Below are positions 9,867 to 20,417 of a stretch of DNA of 64,000 bases, piece after piece. The stretch's first letter is position 1; each line of letters opens with the position of its first letter. This stretch comes from Marine group II euryarchaeote REDSEA-S11_B3N4 (GTDB lineage Archaea; Thermoplasmatota; Poseidoniia; Poseidoniales; Thalassarchaeaceae): the NCBI GenBank assembly GCA_001628485.1, contig LURR01000017.1, positions 2,599 through 66,598 on the forward strand, in the 5' to 3' direction. The position numbers and the translations under genes were made by a program. The notes under the pieces are model-generated. The model had not been told where the DNA came from and did not search any database. It saw nothing but the letters and a program-made list of their open reading frames with translations.

Positions 9867-10484
9867 TCACTTGTTTTTGAAGCGCTTGAGGCGGAAAGTC
9901 TCCTCTCTCTCCATCTCTTCAAGCCTTAGTTGGATGAAAGTCTGAGCCTCTTTCATCTCAGGAATTACCTTGAACTCGAGAGCATTAACCCTTCTTTTAG
10001 TAGCTTCAATTTCTTCTAGAAGCCTCTTCAGAGTGGCCTCCATCTCGGCTGCTTTTACTACCTTCTCAACAAGTAGCGAGTAGGCGTCCGCCGCCTCGTC
10101 GATGTATGGAGAACCTCCAACCATCCCCAGCCCCCTATCCTCGACCGATAGTTTGAGGTTCTGCCCCTCGACCTTTGGAACAACTACGCCCATTATATTC
10201 CTCTTTGAGACCTGCACTTCTGGATGCTTCGACGAGGCTATGGCCGCGCTCTTTACTGCCAATCCGCCCTCTATCGATGAGGCTAGATTGATTGCTTGCA
10301 GTGCATCTCTGTATGTCCCCACTAGTCCCTCTCTGGCCTCGATCATTTCTGAGAGCAGAGTTCTGAATTCGTGGAATAGGCCATCCCTCTTCATCTTCAG
10401 AAGGTTGTATCCCGTAGAGGTCTGCTTTATCCTGCGCTTCAGGTTGATCAGCTCGGACCTGGTGGGCTTGATGTCTAGGGCCAT
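9867..10484 (-). CDS. atpD: A-type ATP synthase subunit D
   Basis: KPTRSELINLKRRIKQTSTGYNLLKMKRD... matches the conserved N-terminus of A/V-type subunit D. Last gene of the atp operon. Confidence 0.9.
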   Translation of the reverse strand: MALDIKPTRSELINLKRRIKQTSTGYNLLKMKRDGLFHEFRTLLSEMIEAREGLVGTYRDALQAINLASSIEGGLAVKSAAIASSKHPEVQVSKRNIMGVVVPKVEGQNLKLSVEDRGLGMVGGSPYIDEAADAYSLLVEKVVKAAEMEATLKRLLEEIEATKRRVNALEFKVIPEMKEAQTFIQLRLEEMEREETFRLKRFKNK

Positions 10485-10505
10485 TCACTCAACTCCTTAC
10501 TTCGG

Positions 10506-11900
10506 TTACTCTTCTTCTCCCTTCTTTTCACCGGGATGGTACTTATCGATCCACTTCTGATCCAGTCTTACAAGATACTTCGTGTCGATGTTTGACAATA
10601 GGTTCCAAGCTAGGTCCAAAGTCCCCTCGTCTATTGATCTGTCTTCGTCTCTGCTCTGCCTGAGGAACTTATCCTCAAAGATATCTGCGAACTTGAGAAG
10701 TTGAAGGTCCCTCTCGTTTAGAGCATCCTCTCCGACAATTGCCACCAGCCCTCTCAATTCCTTTCCTTGAGCGTAGGCTGCGTAGAGCTGGTCAGATACT
10801 GACTTGTGATCCTCTCTGGTTTTACCAGGACCTATCCCTGCATTCATCAGTCTGCTCAGAGAGGGGAGAACGTTGATCGGGGGGTAGATTCCTTTCTGAT
10901 GGAGCTCCCTAGAGATAACTATCTGGCCCTCTGTGATGTATCCGGACAGATCTGGAATCGGGTGAGTAATATCGTCACCGGGCATAGTTAGGATAGGGAA
11001 CTGCGTGATTGAACCCTTCTTCCCCTTTACCAGTCCTGCTCTCTCGTAGAGCATAGCCAGATCTGTGTACATGTAACCGGGGTAACCTCTCCTTCCGGGA
11101 ACTTCTTCTCTAGCAGCCCCGATTTGCCTCAATGACTCACAGTAGTTTGTCATATCCGTGTATATCACCAGCACGTGATAGTCATGTTCGAATGCTAGGT
11201 ACTCAGCAGCGGTGAGTGCCAGACGAGGAGTGATCAGCCTCTCGACTGCCGGGTCGTCAGCCAGGTTTACGAATAGCGCTGCATTCTCGAGCGCCCCAGT
11301 CCTCTCTAGGTCGTGTACGAAGAAGTTGTACTCCTCTGCTGTAATTCCCATTGCGCAGAAAACTACGACGAAGTCATCGTCGCTACCAACTAGTTTGGCT
11401 TGTCTCGCGATTTGCAAAGCGATGTCGTTGTGAGGCAGTCCGCTTGCACTGAAGATCGGGAGCTTCTGCCCCCTAACAAGAGATGTACAAGCGTCAATCG
11501 CTGAAATTCCTGTCTGTATGAATGACTCTGGACTCTGCCTCGAATAGGGATTTATTGCGGCCCCGATTATGTCGGCCATATCATCCGCGACGATCTCTGG
11601 GCCCCCGTCTCTGGGTCTTCCAGCACCATCTAGAATCCTACCAATCAGCCCCTTGCTCACGGGGAGCTTGAATACATCACCCAGGAACTTTACACCTGTC
11701 TGCCTGTCGACAGATGCAGTACCCTCGAAGACCTGAACGATGACTTGGTCATCGGATGTGTCTAGAACCTGCCCGTTTTTGATCGACCCATCACTGAGCC
11801 TCAGTTGTACAATCTCGTTATACGAAACAGGCTCGGTTTTGTTTAGGAACACAAGAGGCCCCTTTACGTCTGTAATTGTTCTGTACTCTTTTCCACTCAT
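10506..11900 (-). CDS. atpB: A-type ATP synthase subunit B (regulatory)
   Basis: 464 aa, alpha/beta ATPase fold without intact P-loop (B subunit). GAGGTGA Shine-Dalgarno 4 nt upstream. Confidence 0.95.
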   Translation of the reverse strand: MSGKEYRTITDVKGPLVFLNKTEPVSYNEIVQLRLSDGSIKNGQVLDTSDDQVIVQVFEGTASVDRQTGVKFLGDVFKLPVSKGLIGRILDGAGRPRDGGPEIVADDMADIIGAAINPYSRQSPESFIQTGISAIDACTSLVRGQKLPIFSASGLPHNDIALQIARQAKLVGSDDDFVVVFCAMGITAEEYNFFVHDLERTGALENAALFVNLADDPAVERLITPRLALTAAEYLAFEHDYHVLVIYTDMTNYCESLRQIGAAREEVPGRRGYPGYMYTDLAMLYERAGLVKGKKGSITQFPILTMPGDDITHPIPDLSGYITEGQIVISRELHQKGIYPPINVLPSLSRLMNAGIGPGKTREDHKSVSDQLYAAYAQGKELRGLVAIVGEDALNERDLQLLKFADIFEDKFLRQSRDEDRSIDEGTLDLAWNLLSNIDTKYLVRLDQKWIDKYHPGEKKGEEE

Positions 11901-11904
11901 ATTA

Positions 11905-11911
11905 TCACCTC
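11905..11911 (-). promoter_or_regulatory. Shine-Dalgarno (GAGGTGA) for atpB
   Basis: tGAGGTGAtaatATG on the minus strand. The same GAGGTG-type site precedes atpC (15046..15052). Confidence 0.45.
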
Positions 11912-13652
11912 AGTTTTCCTCCATGCTAGCAGCAATCTGCTTGCTCATCTCCGCAACCAGGCCCTCTATTCTACCGTCATAGCCTTCTTCGAATCTCCCT
12001 CTCATAAGGTCGGTCCTAGCAGGCACGTTAACCACGTCTTCGAGCTGTGCGCCCCCTGCAATTGCCTTCTTCCCTTCTTCTTGGAAGTTCAGTATTGCTT
12101 TAGCCATGTCATACTGCAGCTTCAGGTCGCTGTACGTATCCACATCATGGAAGGCGTTCTGCTGAAGGAAGAACTCCCTAATCATCCTCGCAACTTCTAG
12201 TGTCAGTTGCTGATCTATCGGTAGGGCATCGGACCCTACAAGCTGGACAATCTCCTGCAACTCAGCTTCGATTTGGAGTAGAGTGCTTATCTCGGTCCTA
12301 ACTTCAGGGAAGTCGGTTGCGATGTTGTCCCTATACCATTGGTCCAGGGCTTGTGGGTACAAGCTGTAGGAACTGAGCCAGTTTATCGCAGGGAAGTGCC
12401 GTTGTCTGGCAAGCCCAGCGTCCAGACCCCAGAACACCTTGACAATTCTGAGAGTTCCTTGGCTGACTGGCTCTGAGATGTCCCCACCTGGGGGGGAAAC
12501 AGCTCCGATTACCGACACTGAACCATCCTCTCCGGACAATGTCTCAACCCTTCCTGCTCTCTCGTAAAACTCAGCCAGTCTACTTGAGAGGTATGCTGGA
12601 TAACCCTCCTCTCCTGGCATCTCCTCAAGCCTCGATGAAATCTCCCTCATAGCCTCAGCCCACCTACTAGTCGAGTCAGCCATTAGAGCCACGTTGTAAC
12701 CCATATCTCGGAAGTACTCTGCAATAGTCACTCCCGTGTAAACGGATGCCTCCCTAGCTGCGACCGGCATGTTCGAAGTATTCGCAATCATCACAGTTCT
12801 GTTCATCAGAGGCTTGTTCGTGTTGGGATCAATTAGGTGAGGGAACTCGTCGAGGACCTCGGTCATCTCATTCCCGCGTTCCCCACATCCGATGTACACC
12901 ACTATTTGAGCGTCGGACCACTTTGCGAGTTGCTGTTGTGTAACGGTCTTTCCAGATCCGAAAGGCCCTGGGATTCCTGCTGTACCTCCTTTGGCGAGGG
13001 GGAAGAGGAAGTCCAGTATTCTCTGTCCTGTCATGAGGGGTACGTCAGGTGCGTACTTCTGTACGAATGGTCGAGGGTGCCTTACTGGCCACTCCTGCAT
13101 CATCGCTATTTCAGACCCATCTTCCAGCTTGCATACCGTCTGGGTGATATTGAACGAACCGGACTCAATGGTTTTCACGACTCCCTCCTTTCCGGGAGGT
13201 ACCATGACTCTGTGTTCGATAGTCTCGGTTTCTTGGACTGTACCTATTACATGTCCTGCCGATAGCTCGTCTCCTACTTTGACCGTGGGAACGAACTCCC
13301 ATTCCTTAGTCAGGTCGAGTCCGTCCGCATCGACACCTCTGGTGATGAAAACGCCCATTGTCTCCTCTAGTTTGGGAAGAGGCCTCTGAATTCCATCGTA
13401 TATCTGGGTCAATAGTCCCGGTCCTAGTTGTACCGACAGAGTCTGCCCAGTCCTGATAACAGGCTCTCCCGGTTCAATCCCTGATGTCTCTTCATAGACC
13501 TGGATTACCGATTGTTCTCCGTGTAGCTCAATTACTTCTCCCATCAATCCTTCATTCCCGACTCGCACAACCTCATACATCCTCGGGGCAATGCCCGTGG
13601 CGGTCACAACTGGTCCGGAAATCCGGTATATCACTCCATTTTCTGTACTCAT
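11910..13652 (-). CDS. atpA: A-type ATP synthase subunit A (catalytic)
   Basis: 580 aa. Walker A GPFGSGKT. Non-homologous-region insert typical of A subunits. No intein. Confidence 0.95.
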   Translation of the reverse strand: MSTENGVIYRISGPVVTATGIAPRMYEVVRVGNEGLMGEVIELHGEQSVIQVYEETSGIEPGEPVIRTGQTLSVQLGPGLLTQIYDGIQRPLPKLEETMGVFITRGVDADGLDLTKEWEFVPTVKVGDELSAGHVIGTVQETETIEHRVMVPPGKEGVVKTIESGSFNITQTVCKLEDGSEIAMMQEWPVRHPRPFVQKYAPDVPLMTGQRILDFLFPLAKGGTAGIPGPFGSGKTVTQQQLAKWSDAQIVVYIGCGERGNEMTEVLDEFPHLIDPNTNKPLMNRTVMIANTSNMPVAAREASVYTGVTIAEYFRDMGYNVALMADSTSRWAEAMREISSRLEEMPGEEGYPAYLSSRLAEFYERAGRVETLSGEDGSVSVIGAVSPPGGDISEPVSQGTLRIVKVFWGLDAGLARQRHFPAINWLSSYSLYPQALDQWYRDNIATDFPEVRTEISTLLQIEAELQEIVQLVGSDALPIDQQLTLEVARMIREFFLQQNAFHDVDTYSDLKLQYDMAKAILNFQEEGKKAIAGGAQLEDVVNVPARTDLMRGRFEEGYDGRIEGLVAEMSKQIAASMEEN

Positions 13653-13679
13653 TTTTTTTCACTTCCATTATTTTTGAAT

Positions 13680-13979
13680 CTATTTCCAAAGGTCAACACC
13701 GAGTGCTGATTTGATGGACTCTCGGAGTGTGTTATCCTCCTCGGTCCCTATGCCCAGAACTGTGGGCGTCACGCTTTCCGATAGCTGCACTCTTAGCCTC
13801 TCGGGTAGCCTCACTAGATCGAAGTTGTCAACTACGACAACCCCGATTTCCTCTTGACCCAAAAGATCACGAAGAAGCTCCGCAAGCTCCTCGTCATCCG
13901 ATGGGTTGTACAGGTTTTTTACACCTGCAAGCTGGAATCCTAGTGTAAATTCCAACTGTCCTACCACTGCAATCTCCAT
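13680..13979 (-). CDS. atpF: A-type ATP synthase subunit F
   Basis: 99 aa, MEIAVVGQLEFTLGFQLAGV... Position between C and A in the operon. Confidence 0.8.
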   Translation of the reverse strand: MEIAVVGQLEFTLGFQLAGVKNLYNPSDDEELAELLRDLLGQEEIGVVVVDNFDLVRLPERLRVQLSESVTPTVLGIGTEEDNTLRESIKSALGVDLWK

Positions 13980-13988
13980 TTTTTCACC

Positions 13989-15041
13989 TCAGTAGTCCAT
14001 GTGTGCCTCTAGCACTTCCTTAGGAAGTCCCACAGCCTTTCCGCGCACTAGTAATCGAAGATTTCTGACTTCTAGCGCTTTCTTCTCGATGTAGTGAATT
14101 ATGGGGAACGCCGAAACCGGACTTAGATGTGAAAATCTCCTTAGAACCGCATGTCTCTGATGGGAGAGAAGCTCCGCGTACGGGTCCAGACTGCCAAGTC
14201 TTTCCGAATCTGCCCTGGCCTCATCAAAACCATTGTCATCAAAAGAGCTACTCCTACGTAGTACATCGATTAATTCTTCATCGGTCTCTGTCACACAGGC
14301 TTGCTTCATTGTGGCAGCGTCGATCTTCCCACCAGGAATTATCATTGCCTGCCGCTGTTCTGAGGTCATTCCCATGCGTATCGATCTGAACTCATTGATA
14401 ACGTTCCGATGATCAATCTCCATTCTCAGATACTTCAGTAGCTGTGGGCTTCCTTCCTTGTCCTTCACAGCCCTCAGCGCATCAGCGAAATATTGCATGT
14501 CTAGCGCGTTCTCCATTACCTCAAGAGTTGACTCCGCATCGAGCTTGGCTAGAGTTTGTCCCCATGGAGTTCCGGCCATGGCCTCAACCGCCTCATCAAG
14601 GCCCTCCGTATTCTTCACGATGGTCAACCACGTTGCGTTCCGAGGATTCTCAGAGGGCAATATCTGACTTTCTATCATCTCGTCGGACGCACCTCCATTG
14701 ACTGCTCTCAGAACCGTCTTAGCCTTCTCGTAGTCGAATCTTTCAACATATATCGCAACAATAGACTTCAGTTTGCCTTGGCAGAATCTTAGTACCTCAG
14801 CGAGGTCATTGTCTAGATTGTGGAAAAGAGCGGCTTCAACAGCGTCGGCCCCGCTCATTCTGGACGCATACAGGTCCATTTCCGCCCTATACCCCATCTC
14901 CCCGATGCTTGCGCCGATTGAGTCGGTTCCTTGTTGTACTAACTGCCGCATTCTAGTCTGATCGATTAGGGACGCCTTTCGTGCCTTGGCTCTGGCAGAT
15001 GCGTTATACACGTTCGATCTGCCACTTTGCGCCCTGACCAT
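13989..15041 (-). CDS. atpC: A-type ATP synthase subunit C (central stalk, d-like)
   Basis: 350 aa helical protein in the conserved operon position. GAGGTGG SD upstream. Confidence 0.8.
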   Translation of the reverse strand: MVRAQSGRSNVYNASARAKARKASLIDQTRMRQLVQQGTDSIGASIGEMGYRAEMDLYASRMSGADAVEAALFHNLDNDLAEVLRFCQGKLKSIVAIYVERFDYEKAKTVLRAVNGGASDEMIESQILPSENPRNATWLTIVKNTEGLDEAVEAMAGTPWGQTLAKLDAESTLEVMENALDMQYFADALRAVKDKEGSPQLLKYLRMEIDHRNVINEFRSIRMGMTSEQRQAMIIPGGKIDAATMKQACVTETDEELIDVLRRSSSFDDNGFDEARADSERLGSLDPYAELLSHQRHAVLRRFSHLSPVSAFPIIHYIEKKALEVRNLRLLVRGKAVGLPKEVLEAHMDY

Positions 15042-15050
15042 TTAACCACC

Positions 15051-15608
15051 TCACTCGTTGAAAAGTATCCCGTTTATCTCGCCCAGAGTATTCTTCCATG
15101 CCTCTTCTAGCATCATGTCAAATCTGAAGTCCAGCATAGTTGAACCGTCCTTGGATTCGAGAACGAATCCTCCCAGCCCGTCTATGTCCTCTCCCATCTT
15201 GAACCCGCTTTTAGCAAGTGCATCTCTGTCCGTTTTGACGGGCCTCATCACAACATCTGCTTTGGTTTCAGATGCCTCTTTTACGAGGGAGTCCAGTATC
15301 TTCTTCCTGCCAGCCAATTTAGGTGATCTAACCTCTTCCTTGGCTGCTTCCCAGGTAAATTCTAACTCCTCCCTTCTAGCAATAAGGGCCCTTTTTTGGT
15401 TCGCTTGCCTAGCCGAGGCAACTACCTCGACGGAGATTTGCTCACTTTCTCTCTCTGCCTTGGAAGATGCCATCGAGGAAGTTTGGGTAGCCTCGCCTCT
15501 AGCTTCTTCTTCAATCCTCTTTGCTTCTGCTCTCGCTTCGTCTAGAATCGACTCTGCTTCTTCCTTTGCTTGTTTAGTGATCTCGGCTGCAAGTGCTTCA
15601 AGCGACAT
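15051..15608 (-). CDS. atpE: A-type ATP synthase subunit E (peripheral stalk)
   Basis: 185 aa. Long Ala/Glu-rich N-terminal helix and globular C-terminus. AGGAGG SD 7 nt upstream. Confidence 0.8.
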   Translation of the reverse strand: MSLEALAAEITKQAKEEAESILDEARAEAKRIEEEARGEATQTSSMASSKAERESEQISVEVVASARQANQKRALIARREELEFTWEAAKEEVRSPKLAGRKKILDSLVKEASETKADVVMRPVKTDRDALAKSGFKMGEDIDGLGGFVLESKDGSTMLDFRFDMMLEEAWKNTLGEINGILFNE

Positions 15609-15615
15609 GTACTAT

Positions 15616-15621
15616 CCTCCT
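15616..15621 (-). promoter_or_regulatory. Shine-Dalgarno (AGGAGG) for atpE
   Basis: caGGAGGatagtacATG read on the minus strand, 7-nt spacer. Confidence 0.5.
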
Positions 15622-15640
15622 GTTTTCTCTTTCCGTCTTC

Positions 15641-15952
15641 TCAAAGCAGGAATATCGCTAGGAAGCCGAATAGTACAATCGTTTCTGGCAGAGCAGTGAA
15701 AATCAGTCCGTATGTGAACTTCTTCTCATCTTCAGCAATCATTCCAACTGCCGCTGCGCCGATTGGTCCTTGGCTAAGCCCAGTTCCAATTCCGGCAAGA
15801 CCCAGTGCAAGACCGGCCCCAATCATCTTGTACGCATTTTCTGTGTTTATGTTATCGGCTGCTTCTTGCGCCTGTACGCCGCTGGCCACCATCACTAGCG
15901 CCAACAGAACCATCAGTATGCTCATTCCTCTCATCATTTTTTTGTCATTCAT
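15641..15952 (-). CDS. atpK: A-type ATP synthase proteolipid subunit K (c subunit) with N-terminal signal-peptide-like extension
   Basis: Gly-rich hairpin GAGLALGLAGIGTGLSQGPIGAA / FTALPETIVLFGFLAIFLL with ion-binding Glu. AAGGAGG SD 7 nt upstream. Confidence 0.85.
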   Translation of the reverse strand: MNDKKMMRGMSILMVLLALVMVASGVQAQEAADNINTENAYKMIGAGLALGLAGIGTGLSQGPIGAAAVGMIAEDEKKFTYGLIFTALPETIVLFGFLAIFLL

Positions 15953-15959
15953 TTTTTTT

Positions 15960-15966
15960 CCTCCTT
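15960..15966 (-). promoter_or_regulatory. Shine-Dalgarno (AAGGAGG) for atpK
   Basis: AAGGAGGaaaaaaaATG on the minus strand. Confidence 0.5.
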
Positions 15967-15989
15967 TTTTTCAAGCTATTTGCTGGAAT

Positions 15990-18137
15990 CTAATAATCGC
16001 CCTCCACGAACTTTGATTTTGTCCCGAAGGGGTCGAACGCTTCACCGCTAGAGTCGTAATACTGCCTCATCCACTCTACGAAATGGAGCCTTGCAGCGTG
16101 GATATTTGGACTAAACAAGCCGAGTACGAGAGCGAAAGTCTGGCCTAAAATCCAACCGATTACCAATAACACTGCAATCAAAGGGTCTGCAAAGTCAATT
16201 TTGGTAAACAGATTCACATTTGCAGTTTCAGCAATCTTTACCCCTACTGCCCCAACAGCGAACAGCCTTACGTATGAAATTACGGAAGGCATCATTCCTA
16301 CAGCCTCAATGGGTGCCAATCCGACATTAATCGGGAATGGAACTCCATGATACCGGTACAATGTCCACATGAGCATGAGTACGGATGAACCCGCAATAGC
16401 GGCGCCAGAGTTCATCATTTCCGGACTCCCTGGCCCAATGTAACCGTAAGCGAAAAGGAAGCCACCCAAAAGCAGCAGCATCCAAGTCCCCTTTTCGAAG
16501 AAAGCACAGACTAGGCCGAAACCCCCGTGGCCATTGCCGTAGAGAAGAATGTCCCTGAATCCAATTGCGAGACCGATGAAGATGTGGATGACGCCCAGGT
16601 AGATGGTTAGCAGTATCAAGTGCTCCAGGTTACCTCCATCGTCTACGGGCGTAACTCGGTGGAATGGGTATGTAAGTGAGGCACCAAACAGCGCGGGAGT
16701 CTCGTAGTGTATTCTTCCTCCGTTCGGGTATAGCGCCGTCATCCAAGACACCCATGAGGGCAAGTCCCCCTTTTCCAGCATGTAGGCGTCCTTGAAGCAA
16801 TGGCCATCGTGCCAATGGTAACTACATGCTGCTTCAGTAGCGTATTTCGTCTCGATATGGGGCAGGAACTCGAAGCCTGCAAACTCTCCGTAAATGTATC
16901 CGAATACCAGGGTTCCCAAGCCAATGTAAGTCAGGAACTTCCCCCCGAGCATGACCATTTCGTTGGTTCCCGATCTCATTATCAGGAATGATCCTAGGGC
17001 TATTGTGGCGAGCCCATAGGCCATATCGCCCAACATCATTCCGAAGAATAATGGATAGGAAATCAGCATGAACACAGTGGGGTCTATTCTCCCATATGCC
17101 GGCCTGCCTACAGCGTCAGTCAGCAGTTCCATTGGTCTGGATGAACTTCTCTCTTGGTAGGAAATCGGAGGCATCTGCTGGGAGTGGTGGTGGTCTGAGT
17201 GCCCATGTCCTCCGCCTCCGGCCTCCATCTCAAAAGGAGCAATTTCGATGTGCAAACAGGAGTCTTTCAACGCTCTTTCTATTTCCTCTGCTCTCCTCAT
17301 TTCCAGCCAACCGTCGATTACGAATGCGTGTTCTGAAACCGCCACCCTCACTGGGGCCGTCAGAATCTCGTGATCCCTCTCCAAGACCTCCAAGCCGCAT
17401 ACCAGGGTTTCTCCGTGAGACTGTGACCATGATTCAAGCTCTCTTTCAAGTCGAGTCTTTTCATCCACTGCACTATCCTTCTCAGTTCTGATTTCCGCAA
17501 GCAAGTCCGGAATTGCTCCAGTTCCAGGAGGTATTGGGGACTGTTGGAAGCCCACAGTCTCCAACAACGACTCTGCTCGTTTGGAATCCTCTCTTCTTAG
17601 GAACATAGCCACCATACCATCCTGCTTTCTGGATTCAATCATCAGTCCTGATGAGGAGGCTTCTCTGGCAGCAGGGATATCGTCAACCCTGCCTACGAAT
17701 GCGACTATAGATTCGTATCCAGACAACAGATCCAAATCAACACCCAGTGGCTCCAGTTCTTCGAGTGAGTCCTCCTGCTCCTGGAGAGAACCAATAGCAA
17801 CATCCAAATCGGATATTTTTGAACTCAGATCGAGGACTCCTTCAATCTCCTTCTGAAGGTCCCCATCTAGTTTGCTTCTAATCTCCTCCGCGACCAGAGG
17901 CCTGGATGGAGCAGGTGCGTTTACGACAGATCTAGCCGCTCTAGCCCTCACTAAATCCCGACCTACCTCTTCGGATTTTATATCGGGCGTGCCCAATGAG
18001 AAACCCTCCTCCGAATCATCGTAGTCAACAATGTGAAGAGCCTCTAGGGCTGCGAGTGAGTCTATTGCGATGGCAAGGTTGCTTTTACTACCTGCAGCAA
18101 CCAGTCTACCCATCTGTAGTGTATGGACTTGCGACAT
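15990..18137 (-). CDS. atpI: A-type ATP synthase subunit I (stator a-subunit)
   Basis: 715 aa. Soluble N-terminal half plus C-terminal half with many TM helices and the conserved Arg region. Confidence 0.9.
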   Translation of the reverse strand: MSQVHTLQMGRLVAAGSKSNLAIAIDSLAALEALHIVDYDDSEEGFSLGTPDIKSEEVGRDLVRARAARSVVNAPAPSRPLVAEEIRSKLDGDLQKEIEGVLDLSSKISDLDVAIGSLQEQEDSLEELEPLGVDLDLLSGYESIVAFVGRVDDIPAAREASSSGLMIESRKQDGMVAMFLRREDSKRAESLLETVGFQQSPIPPGTGAIPDLLAEIRTEKDSAVDEKTRLERELESWSQSHGETLVCGLEVLERDHEILTAPVRVAVSEHAFVIDGWLEMRRAEEIERALKDSCLHIEIAPFEMEAGGGGHGHSDHHHSQQMPPISYQERSSSRPMELLTDAVGRPAYGRIDPTVFMLISYPLFFGMMLGDMAYGLATIALGSFLIMRSGTNEMVMLGGKFLTYIGLGTLVFGYIYGEFAGFEFLPHIETKYATEAACSYHWHDGHCFKDAYMLEKGDLPSWVSWMTALYPNGGRIHYETPALFGASLTYPFHRVTPVDDGGNLEHLILLTIYLGVIHIFIGLAIGFRDILLYGNGHGGFGLVCAFFEKGTWMLLLLGGFLFAYGYIGPGSPEMMNSGAAIAGSSVLMLMWTLYRYHGVPFPINVGLAPIEAVGMMPSVISYVRLFAVGAVGVKIAETANVNLFTKIDFADPLIAVLLVIGWILGQTFALVLGLFSPNIHAARLHFVEWMRQYYDSSGEAFDPFGTKSKFVEGDY

Positions 18138-18152
18138 CTGAATTCCCTTTTA

Positions 18153-18467
18153 TTAGGATCTGAAAGCATCGACAACTGCCTTTACCGCTTCTCCCCTACT
18201 TCCTTCACCGCTGTCATGGATTGATCCGATTTCGGAATCTCCCTTTTTGGAAACCTTAGCCGCTTCTCCTTCAGCCACACTTCTTGCTTCCGAAATCATG
18301 TTCTGGGAACTGGCCTCAGAATCGGACTTGCCCGACTGGATGATTTCCGTAGCCTTCAACCTCGCCTTGGAGATGATATCAGCGGCTTCTGACTCTGCAC
18401 TAGCAATGGTCTTCTCCGCCTCGCTTTCAGCCTGCCTTATCGCTCGTAGAACTTCCTCTCGTCCCAT
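18153..18467 (-). CDS. atpH: A-type ATP synthase subunit H
   Basis: 104-aa Ala/Glu/Lys-rich helical protein, first gene of the operon. Confidence 0.7.
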   Translation of the reverse strand: MGREEVLRAIRQAESEAEKTIASAESEAADIISKARLKATEIIQSGKSDSEASSQNMISEARSVAEGEAAKVSKKGDSEIGSIHDSGEGSRGEAVKAVVDAFRS

Positions 18468-18599
18468 TTCTATGCACCTACGGTACTATGGCGACCGATG
18501 AGGAGTTTATGATGATAACCACGGGAATTCCACTCGTTCAACACCATCGAAGAGCCCCCTCGGGAATCCTCCAAATATGTCCTTCTCTTAGATAGACAC

Positions 18600-19307
18600 A
18601 TGGACGCGCAGGGGATGGAGGGGGAGGAGTGGGACGAACTCCAGAGAAATCTCATGGCAACAATCCCTGTCTATGACCGGATAAACAGGTTCGCAACCTT
18701 GGGACAAGTGTCTAGATGGAGGAAAATGGTTAGAGAGAAGTTGCCTCAGGGCCGAGTTCTCGAGATTGGCTGTGGCCCCGGAAGTTTCGCAGAGGATGTG
18801 GTCGGTAGGGATCTGGTCTGCGTAGACCCTATTCCAGAGATGCTTTCTACGGCTGAGAAGAGGGTCAATTCAGCCAGAGCCGAACGTGGAGACTCGCCTG
18901 CTGAATTCGTAGAGTCGACTGCTGAGGAACTTCCATTCGAGGATGGATCTTTCGATGCCATTTGCTCACTTTTTTCCTTCAGGGATTGGTATGACAAAAA
19001 GGCAGGACTATCCGAATCCCTCAGGGTCCTAAAGCCCGGCGCCCCCATTATCATAATCGATCCTGCAAAGATTAACCGTCTTCACGGAATTCTTGGTGCG
19101 CTTTGGATGAGGGTATGGGTAGGTAGCTACGCCAGAATTGTTTGTGGTGTGCGGGATCATCCGTGGAAGTGGCTTACTAAGACATACGAAGAATTTGGAA
19201 ACACCAGAGATTATGTGTCCATGTTGCAGGATGTCGGTTTCATCGATGTCGAAGCGCGAGTAATTTTCCCTGGAATGGCAACCATCTGGTCAGCACGTTC
19301 TCCTTAG
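18600..19307 (+). CDS. ubiE: UbiE/MenG-type class I SAM methyltransferase (demethylmenaquinone/ubiquinone C-methyltransferase family)
   Basis: YDRINRFATLGQVSRWRK (UbiE/COQ5 signature), SAM motif I VLEIGCGPG, acidic loop. Start may be the internal MATIPVYD. Confidence 0.8.
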   Translation: MDAQGMEGEEWDELQRNLMATIPVYDRINRFATLGQVSRWRKMVREKLPQGRVLEIGCGPGSFAEDVVGRDLVCVDPIPEMLSTAEKRVNSARAERGDSPAEFVESTAEELPFEDGSFDAICSLFSFRDWYDKKAGLSESLRVLKPGAPIIIIDPAKINRLHGILGALWMRVWVGSYARIVCGVRDHPWKWLTKTYEEFGNTRDYVSMLQDVGFIDVEARVIFPGMATIWSARSP

Positions 19308-20404
19308 AATACCCAGAACATCTTCCTGCAGGTAACCGCCCTCCAGATGAATCCCCTAGTGAGGGGATTGAATGCTATATTTAGGAACCAGTCAGGGAAT
19401 CTGAAAAGCAGGCTGCCTATCTTGAAGGACCTCTTAGAGTTCCTCATAACCTTCCCCATTTGCGCCTCCCACCTCCTCTGGTACTCCTGTAGTTCCACAC
19501 CGTCATTGATGTGCTCAGAAATTACCTGACCGGCTATTCTACCACCGATCATAGCTATTGTAATTCCTGCTCCGTTGGATGGGAGCACCATTCCCGCCGA
19601 GTCACCGACTAGGACATAGTTCCCCTTGACGAATTGCTCTATTGTCCCAGACATGGGGAGATAACCGGCTCCTCTGAATGACTCCTCTCCCTCGTAGCGT
19701 TCGATGAACTCATTCGCGTAAGACTCCAGACTCCTTCCTTTCGACATCTTCCTCTGAACGCCAAGTCCTATGTTGGAAACCGACTCCTTCGGGAAAACCC
19801 ATGCATATCCTCCCGGGGCAACTGAACCGAAGTGCAATTCCAAAGCATCAGAGTGATGGCCCTCCTTGAGTACAAATTTGACAGGAATATTCAGAGATTT
19901 CTCATTCCAGTGCTTCTTTCTGATCGGATCGTTGTAACCACCCGCTCCCACTATTATCTTGCCCTTCAGGACAGTACCATCAGATAGGAGGACAGACTCA
20001 CCATCCACTCGCTTCACTCTACTTCCGAGAAGGAACTCCGCGCCACTTGATGCGGCAAGGTTGACCAGGGCCTGGTCATGAGCCACTCTATCCAGAACCA
20101 TGCCTCCGAATTTGAAATCCATCCCCTTGCCATTTGGCTTGACAATCCTCATCTTGGCCGATATACTAGAGATGGCCTCATCGGGAGTCCTGAATAGATC
20201 ATCAACTTCCGGCACATCAGGGCACAGTCTCTTCATCTCTTCATTTGTCGGAACCAGCTCTCCGCATTGTAAGGGGGTTCCAATAGGGTCCCTCCCGTCC
20301 ACGACTAGTACACTGAGGCCACCTTCCGCTGCATATCTTGCAACAGTGCTACCAGCAGGCCCCCCTCCTATGACGATGGCATCCCAGTATTTTTCCTCGG
20401 ACAG
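19304..20404 (-). CDS. Geranylgeranyl reductase family flavoprotein (digeranylgeranylglycerophospholipid reductase-like); non-canonical start
   Basis: FAD Rossmann motif WDAIVIGGGPAGSTVARYAAEGGLSVLVVD lies upstream of the first ATG/GTG/TTG (20302). GGAGG is present 7 nt before an in-frame CTG. C-terminal GDSAGMVLPSNGAGI motif. Confidence 0.75.
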   Translation of the reverse strand: MSEEKYWDAIVIGGGPAGSTVARYAAEGGLSVLVVDGRDPIGTPLQCGELVPTNEEMKRLCPDVPEVDDLFRTPDEAISSISAKMRIVKPNGKGMDFKFGGMVLDRVAHDQALVNLAASSGAEFLLGSRVKRVDGESVLLSDGTVLKGKIIVGAGGYNDPIRKKHWNEKSLNIPVKFVLKEGHHSDALELHFGSVAPGGYAWVFPKESVSNIGLGVQRKMSKGRSLESYANEFIERYEGEESFRGAGYLPMSGTIEQFVKGNYVLVGDSAGMVLPSNGAGITIAMIGGRIAGQVISEHINDGVELQEYQRRWEAQMGKVMRNSKRSFKIGSLLFRFPDWFLNIAFNPLTRGFIWRAVTCRKMFWVF

Positions 20405-20417
20405 GGGGATTCCTCCG

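Noticed and set aside
15058-15699. 213-aa plus-strand ORF (Ser/Ala-rich, low complexity) and several other 60-150 aa ORFs antisense to atpE/atpK/atpI
   Set aside because: They lie entirely inside strongly supported ATP synthase genes on the other strand and are compositionally biased. They are antisense shadow ORFs.
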